From an uncultured Butyricicoccus sp. (GTDB taxonomy: Bacteria; Bacillota; Clostridia; Oscillospirales; Butyricicoccaceae): DNA of 64,000 bases. The notes beneath the pieces are model-generated. The model worked only from the letters and a program-made list of their open reading frames with translations, was not told where the DNA came from and ran no database searches. A program made the position numbers and the translations under genes. Below are positions 39,950 through 48,018 of this stretch, piece after piece (position 1 is the stretch's first letter; every line of letters starts with the position of its first letter). The stretch spans positions 19,175 to 83,174 of the forward strand of contig URFQ01000002.1 in the NCBI GenBank assembly GCA_900547195.1, written 5' to 3'.

Positions 39950-41494
39950 AAATATAGGGGCGTCTTGCGGGTCTCCCCAAAAAGTAAGTTCGAGCGCGTG
40001 CTCGCTGACCATGACGCGCGCCAGGATCACGTGCGCGATCTGTTTTTTTTCCGCAACCGAGTAGCCCGGCCACTCGTCCGGGACCGCGGCAAACAGCGCG
40101 TTCGGATCCGGCCCTGCGTCCGCGTACAGCATTGCGTCACGCCGCCGCCGCAGGGCGCCCAGTGTTTGTCCGGCCTCGTGGATTTGCCCGGCCAGCAGGC
40201 GCACCACATCCGCCTCGTCCACCAAGGCAAGGTTGCGCGTCAGGCGGTCGAGCTCTATTTCCCGCGCGGTGATCTCGATTTCGAGCCGGTTGGCCTCGGC
40301 GGAGGGCGGGCGCTTTTCACAGGCCGTCGCGTCGCGCAGCCGGGCGAGAAAATCAAGCACATAGGGTTCGGCCGCGGCTTCAATTTCTTCCAATGTCATG
40401 GTACGGCTGCGGCCCGGGCAGACGCCCTGCTTGCGCCCGCCGCAGTTGATGTAATGCCCGCCGCCGGGGCGCGGCACGACTGTAATGGCGTATCCGCATT
40501 TTGCGCACTTCATCAGCCCGGAGAGCCAGCTATGCGTGCCCGCGCTGCTGTTTTTGAGCGCTTTGTTGCGGTCAAGCTTGTGTTGAGCCTCCAGCCACAG
40601 CGCCGCGTCGACCAGCCCCTCATGCGGAGCCAGCGTGATAAAGCTGCGCGCCAGATCGGAAAACTTGCGCGGGTTTGCCCCGCGGGACGCGGACGCGCGC
40701 GGGGCGTAGCAGTAGCAGCCGTGCGCGCCGGTATAGGCCTCAATGGGATCGTTCATCGTTGCGCCTTTGCCGCGCAGGTATCGGAAGACTGCCGCATCCG
40801 CGCGCACAAAGGCGGGGTTGCGCAGCAGGCGGCCAAGCGGGAGCGTGCTCCATGCGCCGCCCGTGCGGGTGGGAACGTCCAGCGTGTTGAGCCGCCGCGC
40901 GAGCGTCCCGAGCGACTGGCCTTCCCGTACATAGGTTTCGTACATCCACTGGACGCGGCCCGCCTGCGCCGGGTGCGGCACATAACAGGCCGTGCGGTGG
41001 CCGGCGTGCACGGTTTCCCCCTTGCCGAAGCCAAAGGGCGGCCGCCCGCCGAGGTACATGCCGGTTTTTGCGCGGCCAAAATAACTGTCCGTGACGCGGC
41101 GCTGGATGGTCTCGCGCTCAAACTGCGCAAACACCATCAGGATCTGCGCCATGACCGTGCCGGACAGGCTGTCGTCGAGCGTGATCCCGTCGGTGCACGA
41201 CTGGAACTCGACCCCGTGGTCGGATAGGGTCTGGCACAGGCCGGTAAAATCGTGTACGCTGCGGCTGATGCGGTCGAGGCGGTAGGCGAGGATTTTTTCC
41301 ACCCGCCCCGCCTTCACGTCGGCCAGCAGCCGCTGGAAGGCCGGACGGTCGGTGTTTTTGCCGGAAAAGCCCTTGTCGGTGTAGGTTTCGGATACCTCCT
41401 CCGGTGCGAGCCGGGCGCGGCAGGTCTCGATTTGCAGCTCGACCGAAATGCTGTCCGCCTTGTCCACCGACTGGCGGGCGTAAATGGCCGTCAC
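39941..41494 (-). CDS. Large serine recombinase (SpoIVCA-like)
   Basis: IYARQS catalytic Ser, DKGFSGKNTDRPAFQRLL, YRLDRISRS, recombinase domain, Zn ribbon CAKC...C...C, coiled coil; 517 aa, GTG start. Confidence 0.96.
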   Translation of the reverse strand: MTAIYARQSVDKADSISVELQIETCRARLAPEEVSETYTDKGFSGKNTDRPAFQRLLADVKAGRVEKILAYRLDRISRSVHDFTGLCQTLSDHGVEFQSCTDGITLDDSLSGTVMAQILMVFAQFERETIQRRVTDSYFGRAKTGMYLGGRPPFGFGKGETVHAGHRTACYVPHPAQAGRVQWMYETYVREGQSLGTLARRLNTLDVPTRTGGAWSTLPLGRLLRNPAFVRADAAVFRYLRGKGATMNDPIEAYTGAHGCYCYAPRASASRGANPRKFSDLARSFITLAPHEGLVDAALWLEAQHKLDRNKALKNSSAGTHSWLSGLMKCAKCGYAITVVPRPGGGHYINCGGRKQGVCPGRSRTMTLEEIEAAAEPYVLDFLARLRDATACEKRPPSAEANRLEIEITAREIELDRLTRNLALVDEADVVRLLAGQIHEAGQTLGALRRRRDAMLYADAGPDPNALFAAVPDEWPGYSVAEKKQIAHVILARVMVSEHALELTFWGDPQDAPIFCG

Positions 41495-41613
41495 GGCAGT
41501 TTCCCGTGGCGCGGCAGCGGCCGTTCAAAGCCCGCGCGGATGCGCGCCACGCGCGCCTTGAGCACGCCGGGCGGCTGAGCATGCTCAGAAACCGTTTGAA
41601 TGGTCACCGTCAT
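41491..41613 (-). CDS. 40-aa basic ORF, candidate recombination directionality factor
   Basis: MTVTIQTVSEHAQPPGVLKARVARIRAGFERPLPRHGKLP*; ATGA overlap with the asnB 5'-part stop, GTGA overlap with the recombinase start, SD GGGGGTG. Not in the ORF track. Confidence 0.55.
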   Translation of the reverse strand: MTVTIQTVSEHAQPPGVLKARVARIRAGFERPLPRHGKLP

Positions 41614-43043
41614 GCCGCCGCACCCCCATATCCGTTTGCAACGCTTCCTTCGAGCAGGGTCGCCATAAACCAGCGCAGGTTCAGGAGGAACATTTCCCGC
41701 ATGCGCGCATCCTTTTTGCTGTCGCCGGGCAGCTTATCGGCTGCGGCGCAGGTGTCTAAGTAGTGCTGCCGGACAAATTCCGCGCCGTGCTCGACCACGC
41801 CGTCCTTAAGAAGGCTCAGCCGGAAATCCACCGACCGCGACCAGGGGAAGGTGTCCTCGAAGAGGATTTCCTCGCGATGATACCACGGATAGCCGCCGAA
41901 CAGCTCATCGGCGCATTCGCCCGACTGGCAGACCGTAAACTGTTTTTTCACGGCTGCGCAGAACAGCAGAAGCGAGGAATCCACATCCACCATACCGGGC
42001 AGGTCGCGCGCGTCCACGGCGGGCAGCAGGGCGGCGCACAGCGCTGGGTTTTCGAGCACGACCTCATGGTGCTCGGAACCGATCGCATCGACCATCATGG
42101 TAATATACTCAGAGTCACTATTTGGCTGAAATAAACTTTTTGTAAAGTATTTGTCGTTGTCACGATAATCGACCGACCAGGTATGCAGCTGCTTGTTTTG
42201 CCGCTGGTATGCGCGCGCAGCCAGCATGGACAGGATGGACGAGTCCAGCCCACCGGACAGGAAAGTGCACAGCGGCACGTCGCTCACGAGCTGCCGCGTG
42301 GCCGCATCCTCAATGAGCGTGCGCGTGTGCGCGACGGTCTGCTCGGGCGTGTCGGTATGCTCCGCCGCGCGGAGCGTCCAGTAGGGCTGGGTGTGGAAGC
42401 CTTCGCGGGTCAGTACCGCGTAATGGCCGGGCAGCAACTCTTCCATGCCCTCGAACACGCCGAAGCCGGGCGGACGTGCGGGCCCGAGCAGCAGAATGGA
42501 GCGCAGGCCGTCCGCGCCCACACGCGGCTCGACGTCTGGATGGCACAGCACGGTCTTAATCTCCGAGCCGAACACCAGCCCGTCTTTCAAGCGGCTGTAA
42601 AACAGCGGCTTGACCCCCAGGCGGTCACGGCAGAGCACAAGGCGCTGCGCGGGTTTGTCCCAAAGGGCAAAGGCATAAATGCCATTCAGCCGCTCAAACG
42701 CGGCTTCTCCCCACTCCAGATAGGCGCGCAGCAGCACCTCGGTGTCCGAATGTCCGCGGAAACGGTGCCCTTTGGCGAGCAGCAGCACGCGGATGTCCTC
42801 GGTGTTATATAACTCTCCGTTATAAATCAAGATAATATTTCCATCAGGCGAAGACATTGGCTGGGCGCCGCCTGCCGGGTCGACGACAATCAGCCGCCGG
42901 TGCACAAGTAGGGCGTTGTCGTCCAGGTATTCGCCGCCCGCGTCCGGCCCGCGCGGGGTGAGCGTGCGCGCCATGCGCCGCCCCACATCGGCCAGTGGGC
43001 GCGCCCCCCGGCCGTAGTCGATCAGTCCGCCAATTCCACACAT
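41610..43043 (-). CDS. asnB: 5' part of the split glutamine-hydrolysing asparagine synthetase (464 native residues plus 13 element-encoded residues)
   Basis: Ntn-amidotransferase start MCGIGG, RGPD, YNGELYN, RDRLGVKPL, LSGGLDSS, SGECADELFGGYPW; AsnB-like sequence stops at FMATLL. Confidence 0.95.
   Translation of the reverse strand: MCGIGGLIDYGRGARPLADVGRRMARTLTPRGPDAGGEYLDDNALLVHRRLIVVDPAGGAQPMSSPDGNIILIYNGELYNTEDIRVLLLAKGHRFRGHSDTEVLLRAYLEWGEAAFERLNGIYAFALWDKPAQRLVLCRDRLGVKPLFYSRLKDGLVFGSEIKTVLCHPDVEPRVGADGLRSILLLGPARPPGFGVFEGMEELLPGHYAVLTREGFHTQPYWTLRAAEHTDTPEQTVAHTRTLIEDAATRQLVSDVPLCTFLSGGLDSSILSMLAARAYQRQNKQLHTWSVDYRDNDKYFTKSLFQPNSDSEYITMMVDAIGSEHHEVVLENPALCAALLPAVDARDLPGMVDVDSSLLLFCAAVKKQFTVCQSGECADELFGGYPWYHREEILFEDTFPWSRSVDFRLSLLKDGVVEHGAEFVRQHYLDTCAAADKLPGDSKKDARMREMFLLNLRWFMATLLEGSVANGYGGAAA
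41629..41651. other. attL-type junction of the asnB-intervening element
   Basis: Minus strand ACCCTGCTC-GA|AGGAAGC-GTTGCAAACGGATA; IR arm 41629-41642, central dinucleotide 41650-41651. Confidence 0.88.
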
Positions 43044-43078
43044 GTGTTGATCAGCTCCTTTGCACAGTTACTCCTATC

Positions 43079-43107
43079 AACATATGCGCGCGTGCGGGAA
43101 AAGAGAC
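43079..43107 (-). promoter_or_regulatory. Possible mother-cell (sigmaE/sigmaK-type) promoter of asnB
   Basis: -10 CATATGTT fits CATANNNT; upstream gtctcttt is only a weak sigmaE -35; no sigmaA consensus seen. Confidence 0.35.
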
Positions 43108-43137
43108 AAAAAAGAAGGAACCCGGAACGGGTTCCCT

Positions 43138-43405
43138 GAGCTGTTCGAAAAACTACGTTTTTCGAACAGCCTTCGATCGAAACCACGCTTTCGATCGAGT
43201 ATTCCGGCGGCTGCGCGCGCCCTTATGGGCGCACTTGCCGTCGGTTTGTTAACGCTCATTTTATCGCCGCAAAGCGGCAGAATGATGTCAGCGGCCTACG
43301 GGCAAAACCCACGCACATGTCGCGGGTTTTTATGGGTTTCGCCGCTTGCGGCGAAACCCTATTTGAAGCGCGCTGCGGCGCGAAGGACTTTTTAGACAAG
43401 CTGAG
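43138..43405. mobile_element. MITE-like repeat copy 3 flanked by a duplicated terminator
   Basis: Direct repeat ggaacccggaacgggttccct at 43117-43137 and 43406-43426; inverted homolog of copy 2 with an extra ~50-bp internal segment. Confidence 0.85.
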
Positions 43406-43436
43406 GGAACCCGGAACGGGTTCCCTCAGAAAAGGC

Positions 43437-45038
43437 TTATTCGCCGCAATATTTGATGAGCGTTGCACGGATGGCGCCCGGGCCGGCGATCAGCTCGGCA
43501 AACATCTCGGTGACACGGTCCGCGAGGCCGACCTCATACAGGTTTGCGCCAAAGATGGGCTTGGATGACAGCAGCGGGTAGAGCTGCTTTTCCTTTGCCG
43601 GTTCGCCGCCCAGCGTGATGCCCTCCAAAAGCTGATCCAGATGGGGCAGCAGCGGGTCGGGGCTGCGTTCAAACGGCTTGCCGTTGTCATCCACACCGAG
43701 CAGATAGCGCAGCCAGCCCGCGAGGACGAGCGGGATATAGGTCAGGTTCGAAACGCGGTGCATGGGGATGGGCGAGTTATAGTAGGCATACAGGGTTTCC
43801 CCAAACCGGATGGCCAGCTTCTGGGAGGTATCGGTTGCGGTGCGCTGGGGGGTATCGGGCAGGAAGGGGTTCGGGTAACGCTCGCTGAGCACCTCGTGCA
43901 GGAACTCGGATGGGTTGAGCACGCCCGGGTCTTCGACCATGGGCATGGCTTCGTCCATGCTCATATGGGTGATCAGGGAAACCAGCTGCGGGTCTTTCAT
44001 CTCCGCGTGCACGGTCTGATACCCGAGCAGGCAGCCAAAAATGCCGAGCGCAGTGTCCATGGGGTTCAGGCAGGTGCAGGCCTTCATGTGCGCCGACCGC
44101 TCGACGATCCGGCGGTTTGTAAAGATGATGCCGAGCTGCTCGAGCGGCGGATGGCCGTTCGGGAAACTGTCTTCAATGAGCAGATACTGCGGGCGCTCGG
44201 TGTTGACAAAGGTCGCCGCATAGGTGCCCTTGGCAGTCAGGAACGGGCGTACGCCCTCCAGGCCGTCGGCCTCCAGCTGCTCGGTCACACGGTTGTCCGG
44301 GTGCGGGGTGATCTTATCGATCATGGACAGAGGATAGGTGATCTCCTGCGTCAGCCAGTTGTAGTCGTCCTCGGAAATAAACCCGCCGTCCTTCCAGGCC
44401 TCGGCCATGTCGGTCATGGCGCGGCGCAGGCGAATGCCGTTGTTCTGGCAGTTGTCCAGCGAAACGAGCGCGAACGCGGGCGCGCCGGCTTCGCGGCGTT
44501 TGAGGCACAGGGCGGCGAGCCGGCCGAAGAACGAGGCGGCGGCCGCTTTGGGGCCGACCGCGGCATCCCAGGCGAAATCGGGTACAAAATTGCGCTCCGC
44601 GTCGCGGATAACATAGCCCTTTTCCGTGATGGTCATGGTGACCATCTGCAGGGAAGGCGCACAGAAAATTTCGGCCAGGCGGTCCATATCCTCGCTCATT
44701 TTGAGGCTTTCGGTGACCGATGCGACCACCTCTTTGGCGATGTGGCCGTCCGCGTACAGGGTGGCGATGATGGATAGGTTATCGTTCGCGCGGTATACGC
44801 GGTCGATCAGCTCTTCATCATAACCCTCGCAGCAGATGATCCCGGTTTTGGACAGGCCGGCGGTCAGCAGGCGCTGGCTGAGCGCGGCCGGGAACGCGCG
44901 GAACAGGCTGCCCGCGCCGAAGTGCAGCCAGGCGGGCGCTTCGTGGGTTGCCTCGCGCGCGGCGGCAATATCATAAGACGGCAGGCGGTAACCCTTCCAG
45001 GACAGGTTATGGCCCAGGCTTTCCAGAGTCAGTTTCAT
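43437..45038 (-). CDS. Mannitol dehydrogenase family protein (mannonate oxidoreductase, UxuB-like)
   Basis: WLHFGAG, TITEKGY, LVSLDNC, SMIDKITP, ATDTSQKLAIRFGET. Confidence 0.85.
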   Translation of the reverse strand: MKLTLESLGHNLSWKGYRLPSYDIAAAREATHEAPAWLHFGAGSLFRAFPAALSQRLLTAGLSKTGIICCEGYDEELIDRVYRANDNLSIIATLYADGHIAKEVVASVTESLKMSEDMDRLAEIFCAPSLQMVTMTITEKGYVIRDAERNFVPDFAWDAAVGPKAAAASFFGRLAALCLKRREAGAPAFALVSLDNCQNNGIRLRRAMTDMAEAWKDGGFISEDDYNWLTQEITYPLSMIDKITPHPDNRVTEQLEADGLEGVRPFLTAKGTYAATFVNTERPQYLLIEDSFPNGHPPLEQLGIIFTNRRIVERSAHMKACTCLNPMDTALGIFGCLLGYQTVHAEMKDPQLVSLITHMSMDEAMPMVEDPGVLNPSEFLHEVLSERYPNPFLPDTPQRTATDTSQKLAIRFGETLYAYYNSPIPMHRVSNLTYIPLVLAGWLRYLLGVDDNGKPFERSPDPLLPHLDQLLEGITLGGEPAKEKQLYPLLSSKPIFGANLYEVGLADRVTEMFAELIAGPGAIRATLIKYCGE

Positions 45039-45229
45039 GTAGTTTTCCCTTCCTTCCAAGGCATACAGATCAATGAGGATCGCCGCCTGCCGGGCAGGCG
45101 GAATCTATCTATAGTATACCAAAGATTGGCCGGTTCGAATAGGCCGTTTTGCAAAAATCCCAAAAAACAGAGAGGGGCGGTTTGCCGGCCGAAAAACAAA
45201 ACCGACCCTGGGGCGCGGGTCGGACGGTT

Positions 45230-45421
45230 TCAGTTTCGATCGGGCTGGTCAGTGGGTCGGTCTTCTTCGGCAAGGTCATCCAGAGCATATTCGCAGCAAC
45301 GGATCACAAGCTGGTTGAGCGACATATTCTTGCACTGCGCGAGCTCCTGAAGCTCCTCCACCAGCGAAAGCGGCAGACGGAAGGTCTTGTTGACGAACTC
45401 GCGTCTTTCGAGTTTAAACAT
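45230..45421 (-). CDS. Small ribbon-helix-helix (CopG/HicB-like) DNA-binding protein
   Basis: NKTFRLPLSLVEELQELAQCKNMSLNQLVIRC; RBS ggaggtg. Confidence 0.7.
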   Translation of the reverse strand: MFKLERREFVNKTFRLPLSLVEELQELAQCKNMSLNQLVIRCCEYALDDLAEEDRPTDQPDRN

Positions 45422-45533
45422 TAGGCAAATCACCTCCAACTTTATATTCATTATAGACAAGTATTTGCAAGATAATAAGGATTCAATTTATCTTGTAAAA
45501 ATGCGTATAATATGCTATGTTGGTTACGAGGTG

Positions 45534-45674
45534 ATGGTTGTGGAATACCAGAAGGCATATTTGTTCCTGTTCAACCGGCTGACCGATTTGATGGCGCGGC
45601 ATGCGGAGCTGGAACCGGAAATTATAGAAATGCAGCAACAAGCCGAGGAAATTATAATTTCTGAGGCCGAATAA
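45534..45674 (+). CDS. Small acidic hypothetical protein
   Basis: YQKAYLFLFNRLTDL...QQQAEEIII; RBS gaggtg; tataat upstream; start uncertain (ATG 45534 or GTG 45540). Confidence 0.55.
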   Translation: MVVEYQKAYLFLFNRLTDLMARHAELEPEIIEMQQQAEEIIISEAE

Positions 45675-45702
45675 CAAAACCGCCCGGAATGCCCGGGCGG
45701 TT

Positions 45703-45929
45703 CAGGCTGTCGCCAAACCACAGTTTTTCGGCAGGTATGCCCACCGCCATAAATGGTCCTGTGCGAAGGAGGTTTGAAAGGGTTATGCGCCATTTAAACC
45801 TTCTGCTGTTAAAAAAGCCAGGCACATGTCATACCCGCGAAAACTTTTAACGACAGTGGGCTACGGCCTGGATTTTTTAAAAATTTGATGCACGCTGCGG
45901 CGCGGAGCGGAGCGCTTTTCCGGCAGGCT
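45703..45929. mobile_element. MITE-like repeat copy 4 (degenerate)
   Basis: Colinear with copy 1 (ccgccataaatgg, aggcacatgtc, cgctgcggcgcgg); begins at the foot of hairpin 45678-45702; ~36-bp internal insertion; no intact right duplication. Confidence 0.7.
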
Positions 45930-45940
45930 CGGCGGGCCTG

Positions 45941-46630
45941 CTATTTTGCGGCGTCCCGAATCATTTGGTGCAAGGCGGCCAGCGCATCGGAAAGGCTGCC
46001 GACCTGATCGATGAGGCCGCATTCGACTGCCTGCTGCCCGCCGACCACGGTGCCCACATCGGCGGACATTTGATCGGTGGCCATCATCAGGCGCTCAAAC
46101 ACATCGGGCGCAATGCGGGAATGGCTGGTGACAAAAGCCGTGATACGCTCCTGGATAGAGCGGAAATAGGCGTAAGTCTGGGGGGAAGCAATCACGGTGC
46201 CGCTCATGCGCACCGGATGAATGGTCATGGCTGCCGACGGCGCAATAAACGACCGCTTTACCGCGACCGCGAGCGGGACGCCGATGGAATGGCCGCCGCC
46301 AAGCACAAGCGATACCGTGGGCTTGCGCATGCCCGCAATCAATTCCGCAATGGCAAGGCCAGCCTCGACATCGCCGCCGACCGTGTTGAGCAGCACGAGC
46401 AGGCCGTCGATGTCCTCGGCTTCTTCCACGGCAGTAATCTGCGGAATAATGTGTTCATATTTGGTGGTTTTGGTGGCCTGAGGGGCCTCCATATGGCCCT
46501 CAATCTGGCCGACAATGGTAATGCAGTGGATGGTGCCGTGCGTGGTGCGCGCGGTCACCGAACCGGTCTGCGTGATGCTGCTTTCTTCGGGTACTTCGTT
46601 GCCTTGAACGGGCGTGGGTTCCGGACTCAT
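45941..46630 (-). CDS. tepA: ClpP-like protein TepA
   Basis: GQIEGH, KTTKYEHIIPQ, LNTVGGDVEAGLAIAE, LVLGGGHSIGVP. Confidence 0.88.
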   Translation of the reverse strand: MSPEPTPVQGNEVPEESSITQTGSVTARTTHGTIHCITIVGQIEGHMEAPQATKTTKYEHIIPQITAVEEAEDIDGLLVLLNTVGGDVEAGLAIAELIAGMRKPTVSLVLGGGHSIGVPLAVAVKRSFIAPSAAMTIHPVRMSGTVIASPQTYAYFRSIQERITAFVTSHSRIAPDVFERLMMATDQMSADVGTVVGGQQAVECGLIDQVGSLSDALAALHQMIRDAAK

Positions 46631-46680
46631 AAAAATCCCCCTTCGAATGATCGTTACGGGCGGATTCCCGCCACAACGAT

Positions 46681-46710
46681 CAGAATCCCCAAAAAACCCG
46701 GACAGCATAC
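46681..46710 (-). promoter_or_regulatory. Putative sigmaF/sigmaG promoter of tepA
   Basis: GTATG-N15-GGGGATTCTG resembles GYATA-N15-GGNNANAHTA. Confidence 0.5.
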
Positions 46711-46807
46711 AGTAAAATGCCTAGAAATAACTGGAATGCACAAAATTACAGCTTGTATTTGAAAATGGGGGGAAAATCCTTGGGCTCGGGCAGGCAATAA
46801 CCCAAAG

Positions 46808-47107
46808 TTATCAACATATCCACAAGCTTATCCACAAAAAGATACAAGATTTCCACAGGGTTGTCCACAAAGCGGGGGAATACCTCCAGATTTCCCAACA
46901 AAAAAATCAGCATTTCGACAATTGTATTTTACAAAGTGATGCCAATGTGTAATATTTTATACAAATAAAACTGTATGAAATGTGCAAACTTGGCGGATAG
47001 GAAAATACAATTGGTAATATAATAATATAAATTAATGATTTGTATTAAAATCGCTGCGCACAAGGTGTGGAAAACCCTGTGGATAATACAGCCCGCAATG
47101 TGGATAA
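46808..47107. promoter_or_regulatory. DnaA-box cluster 2: eight boxes in two opposed groups around an AT-rich core
   Basis: Plus-strand boxes at 46808, 46816, 46828 (perfect), 46849, 46861; minus-strand boxes at 47066, 47078 (perfect), 47099 (perfect). Confidence 0.85.
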
Positions 47108-47161
47108 AAAATATTACGATCCGCACATGAAAAATACAGAGTGTAATATTTTATTAAAAAA

Positions 47162-47584
47162 TTACGATTCGTTTTGCTCGTGCGGCACAAGCCGCCATTG
47201 TGTAATTTCAAACTGCCCGCCAGGAAGCAGATGCAGCCGGACAAAAAGCGTGCCGGCTTCGCCCGCGGGCAGAGGGAAAGACAGCTCGGCGGCGGCCTCG
47301 TCATATCGTGCCGCTATGCCCTGATCGTTCAAAATGGCTTCCATCTCCACCCCGGCTTCAGCCGGGGGCAGGGAAGCGGCGCTTTCCAGCTCGCCCAGCA
47401 GGGTCTGGGCGCGGCTGTCGGCGGCAAAGTAGCCGCTTGTTACATCCCAGCCGTGCACCGAGGCCATGCGGTCGGCCTGCGCGCGGCTGAGGGAAAGCAG
47501 GCTGACGCAGGTGAAGGCCAGCAGCACAAGGATATTCAGGGTGGTCGGGAACCCGACGGCCAGGCTGCTTTTGCGTTTTTTCAT
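47162..47584 (-). CDS. Hypothetical pilin/pseudopilin-like protein
   Basis: Basic N-terminus then one hydrophobic helix; in an operon with a T2SS-F gene. Confidence 0.55.
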   Translation of the reverse strand: MKKRKSSLAVGFPTTLNILVLLAFTCVSLLSLSRAQADRMASVHGWDVTSGYFAADSRAQTLLGELESAASLPPAEAGVEMEAILNDQGIAARYDEAAAELSFPLPAGEAGTLFVRLHLLPGGQFEITQWRLVPHEQNES

Positions 47585-48018
47585 GCGTCCTCCCTCAACG
47601 CCGGCCCAGTGTATTCACACACTGTCAGGGCGGCGACCGGCTCGCCCCGAGGTGGATAGACTTCGATTTTCGCTTGCATTACATGGTTTTCCAAGGCGTG
47701 CGCACGGATAACCAGACGGTAAATCGCCTTTTTCTCGCGCACGGGTTGCCAATCCTGGCTGTACCAGGCGGTGAACGCGTCTTCGTCGCAGCGGCCGGAC
47801 AGCAGGCCTGGCAGGGCTTCGAGGTCGCCGCCCGCCGCGCGGAAGGCCATGGCCGCGTTTTCGGTGATGCGCTGCGCCTGGGACGCCACGCGGCTGTCCG
47901 CGCTCATCGAATAGGCGCGGCTGAGCGCCATCAGGCAGATGGCTGCGCCGATGCAGAATACCAGCAGGTTGACCAGCATCTCGAGAAGGAACAGCCGGGT
48001 CCGGCTTAGTCGTTTCAT
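47581..48018 (-). CDS. Pilin-like hypothetical protein
   Basis: FLLEMLVNLLVF resembles a type IV pilin helix with E5 but lacks the usual preceding Gly; start at MKRLSRT. Confidence 0.55.
   Translation of the reverse strand: MKRLSRTRLFLLEMLVNLLVFCIGAAICLMALSRAYSMSADSRVASQAQRITENAAMAFRAAGGDLEALPGLLSGRCDEDAFTAWYSQDWQPVREKKAIYRLVIRAHALENHVMQAKIEVYPPRGEPVAALTVCEYTGPALREDA

Larger units (their letters stand above)
18807..41651. mobile_element. 22,845-bp serine-recombinase element interrupting asnB (skin-like gene-intervening element)
   Basis: Flanked by the two co-oriented asnB halves; att junctions with a symmetric 14-bp IR; recombinase next to one end; predicted excision restores the frame. Confidence 0.9.

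Noticed and set aside
41118..41582. 154-aa minus-strand ORF as the directionality factor
   Set aside because: It overlaps the recombinase out of frame for most of its length and lacks an RBS; the 40-aa ORF fits the gap exactly.
18807..41651. Prophage or conjugative element
   Set aside because: No structural, packaging, lysis, relaxase or T4SS genes are recognisable.
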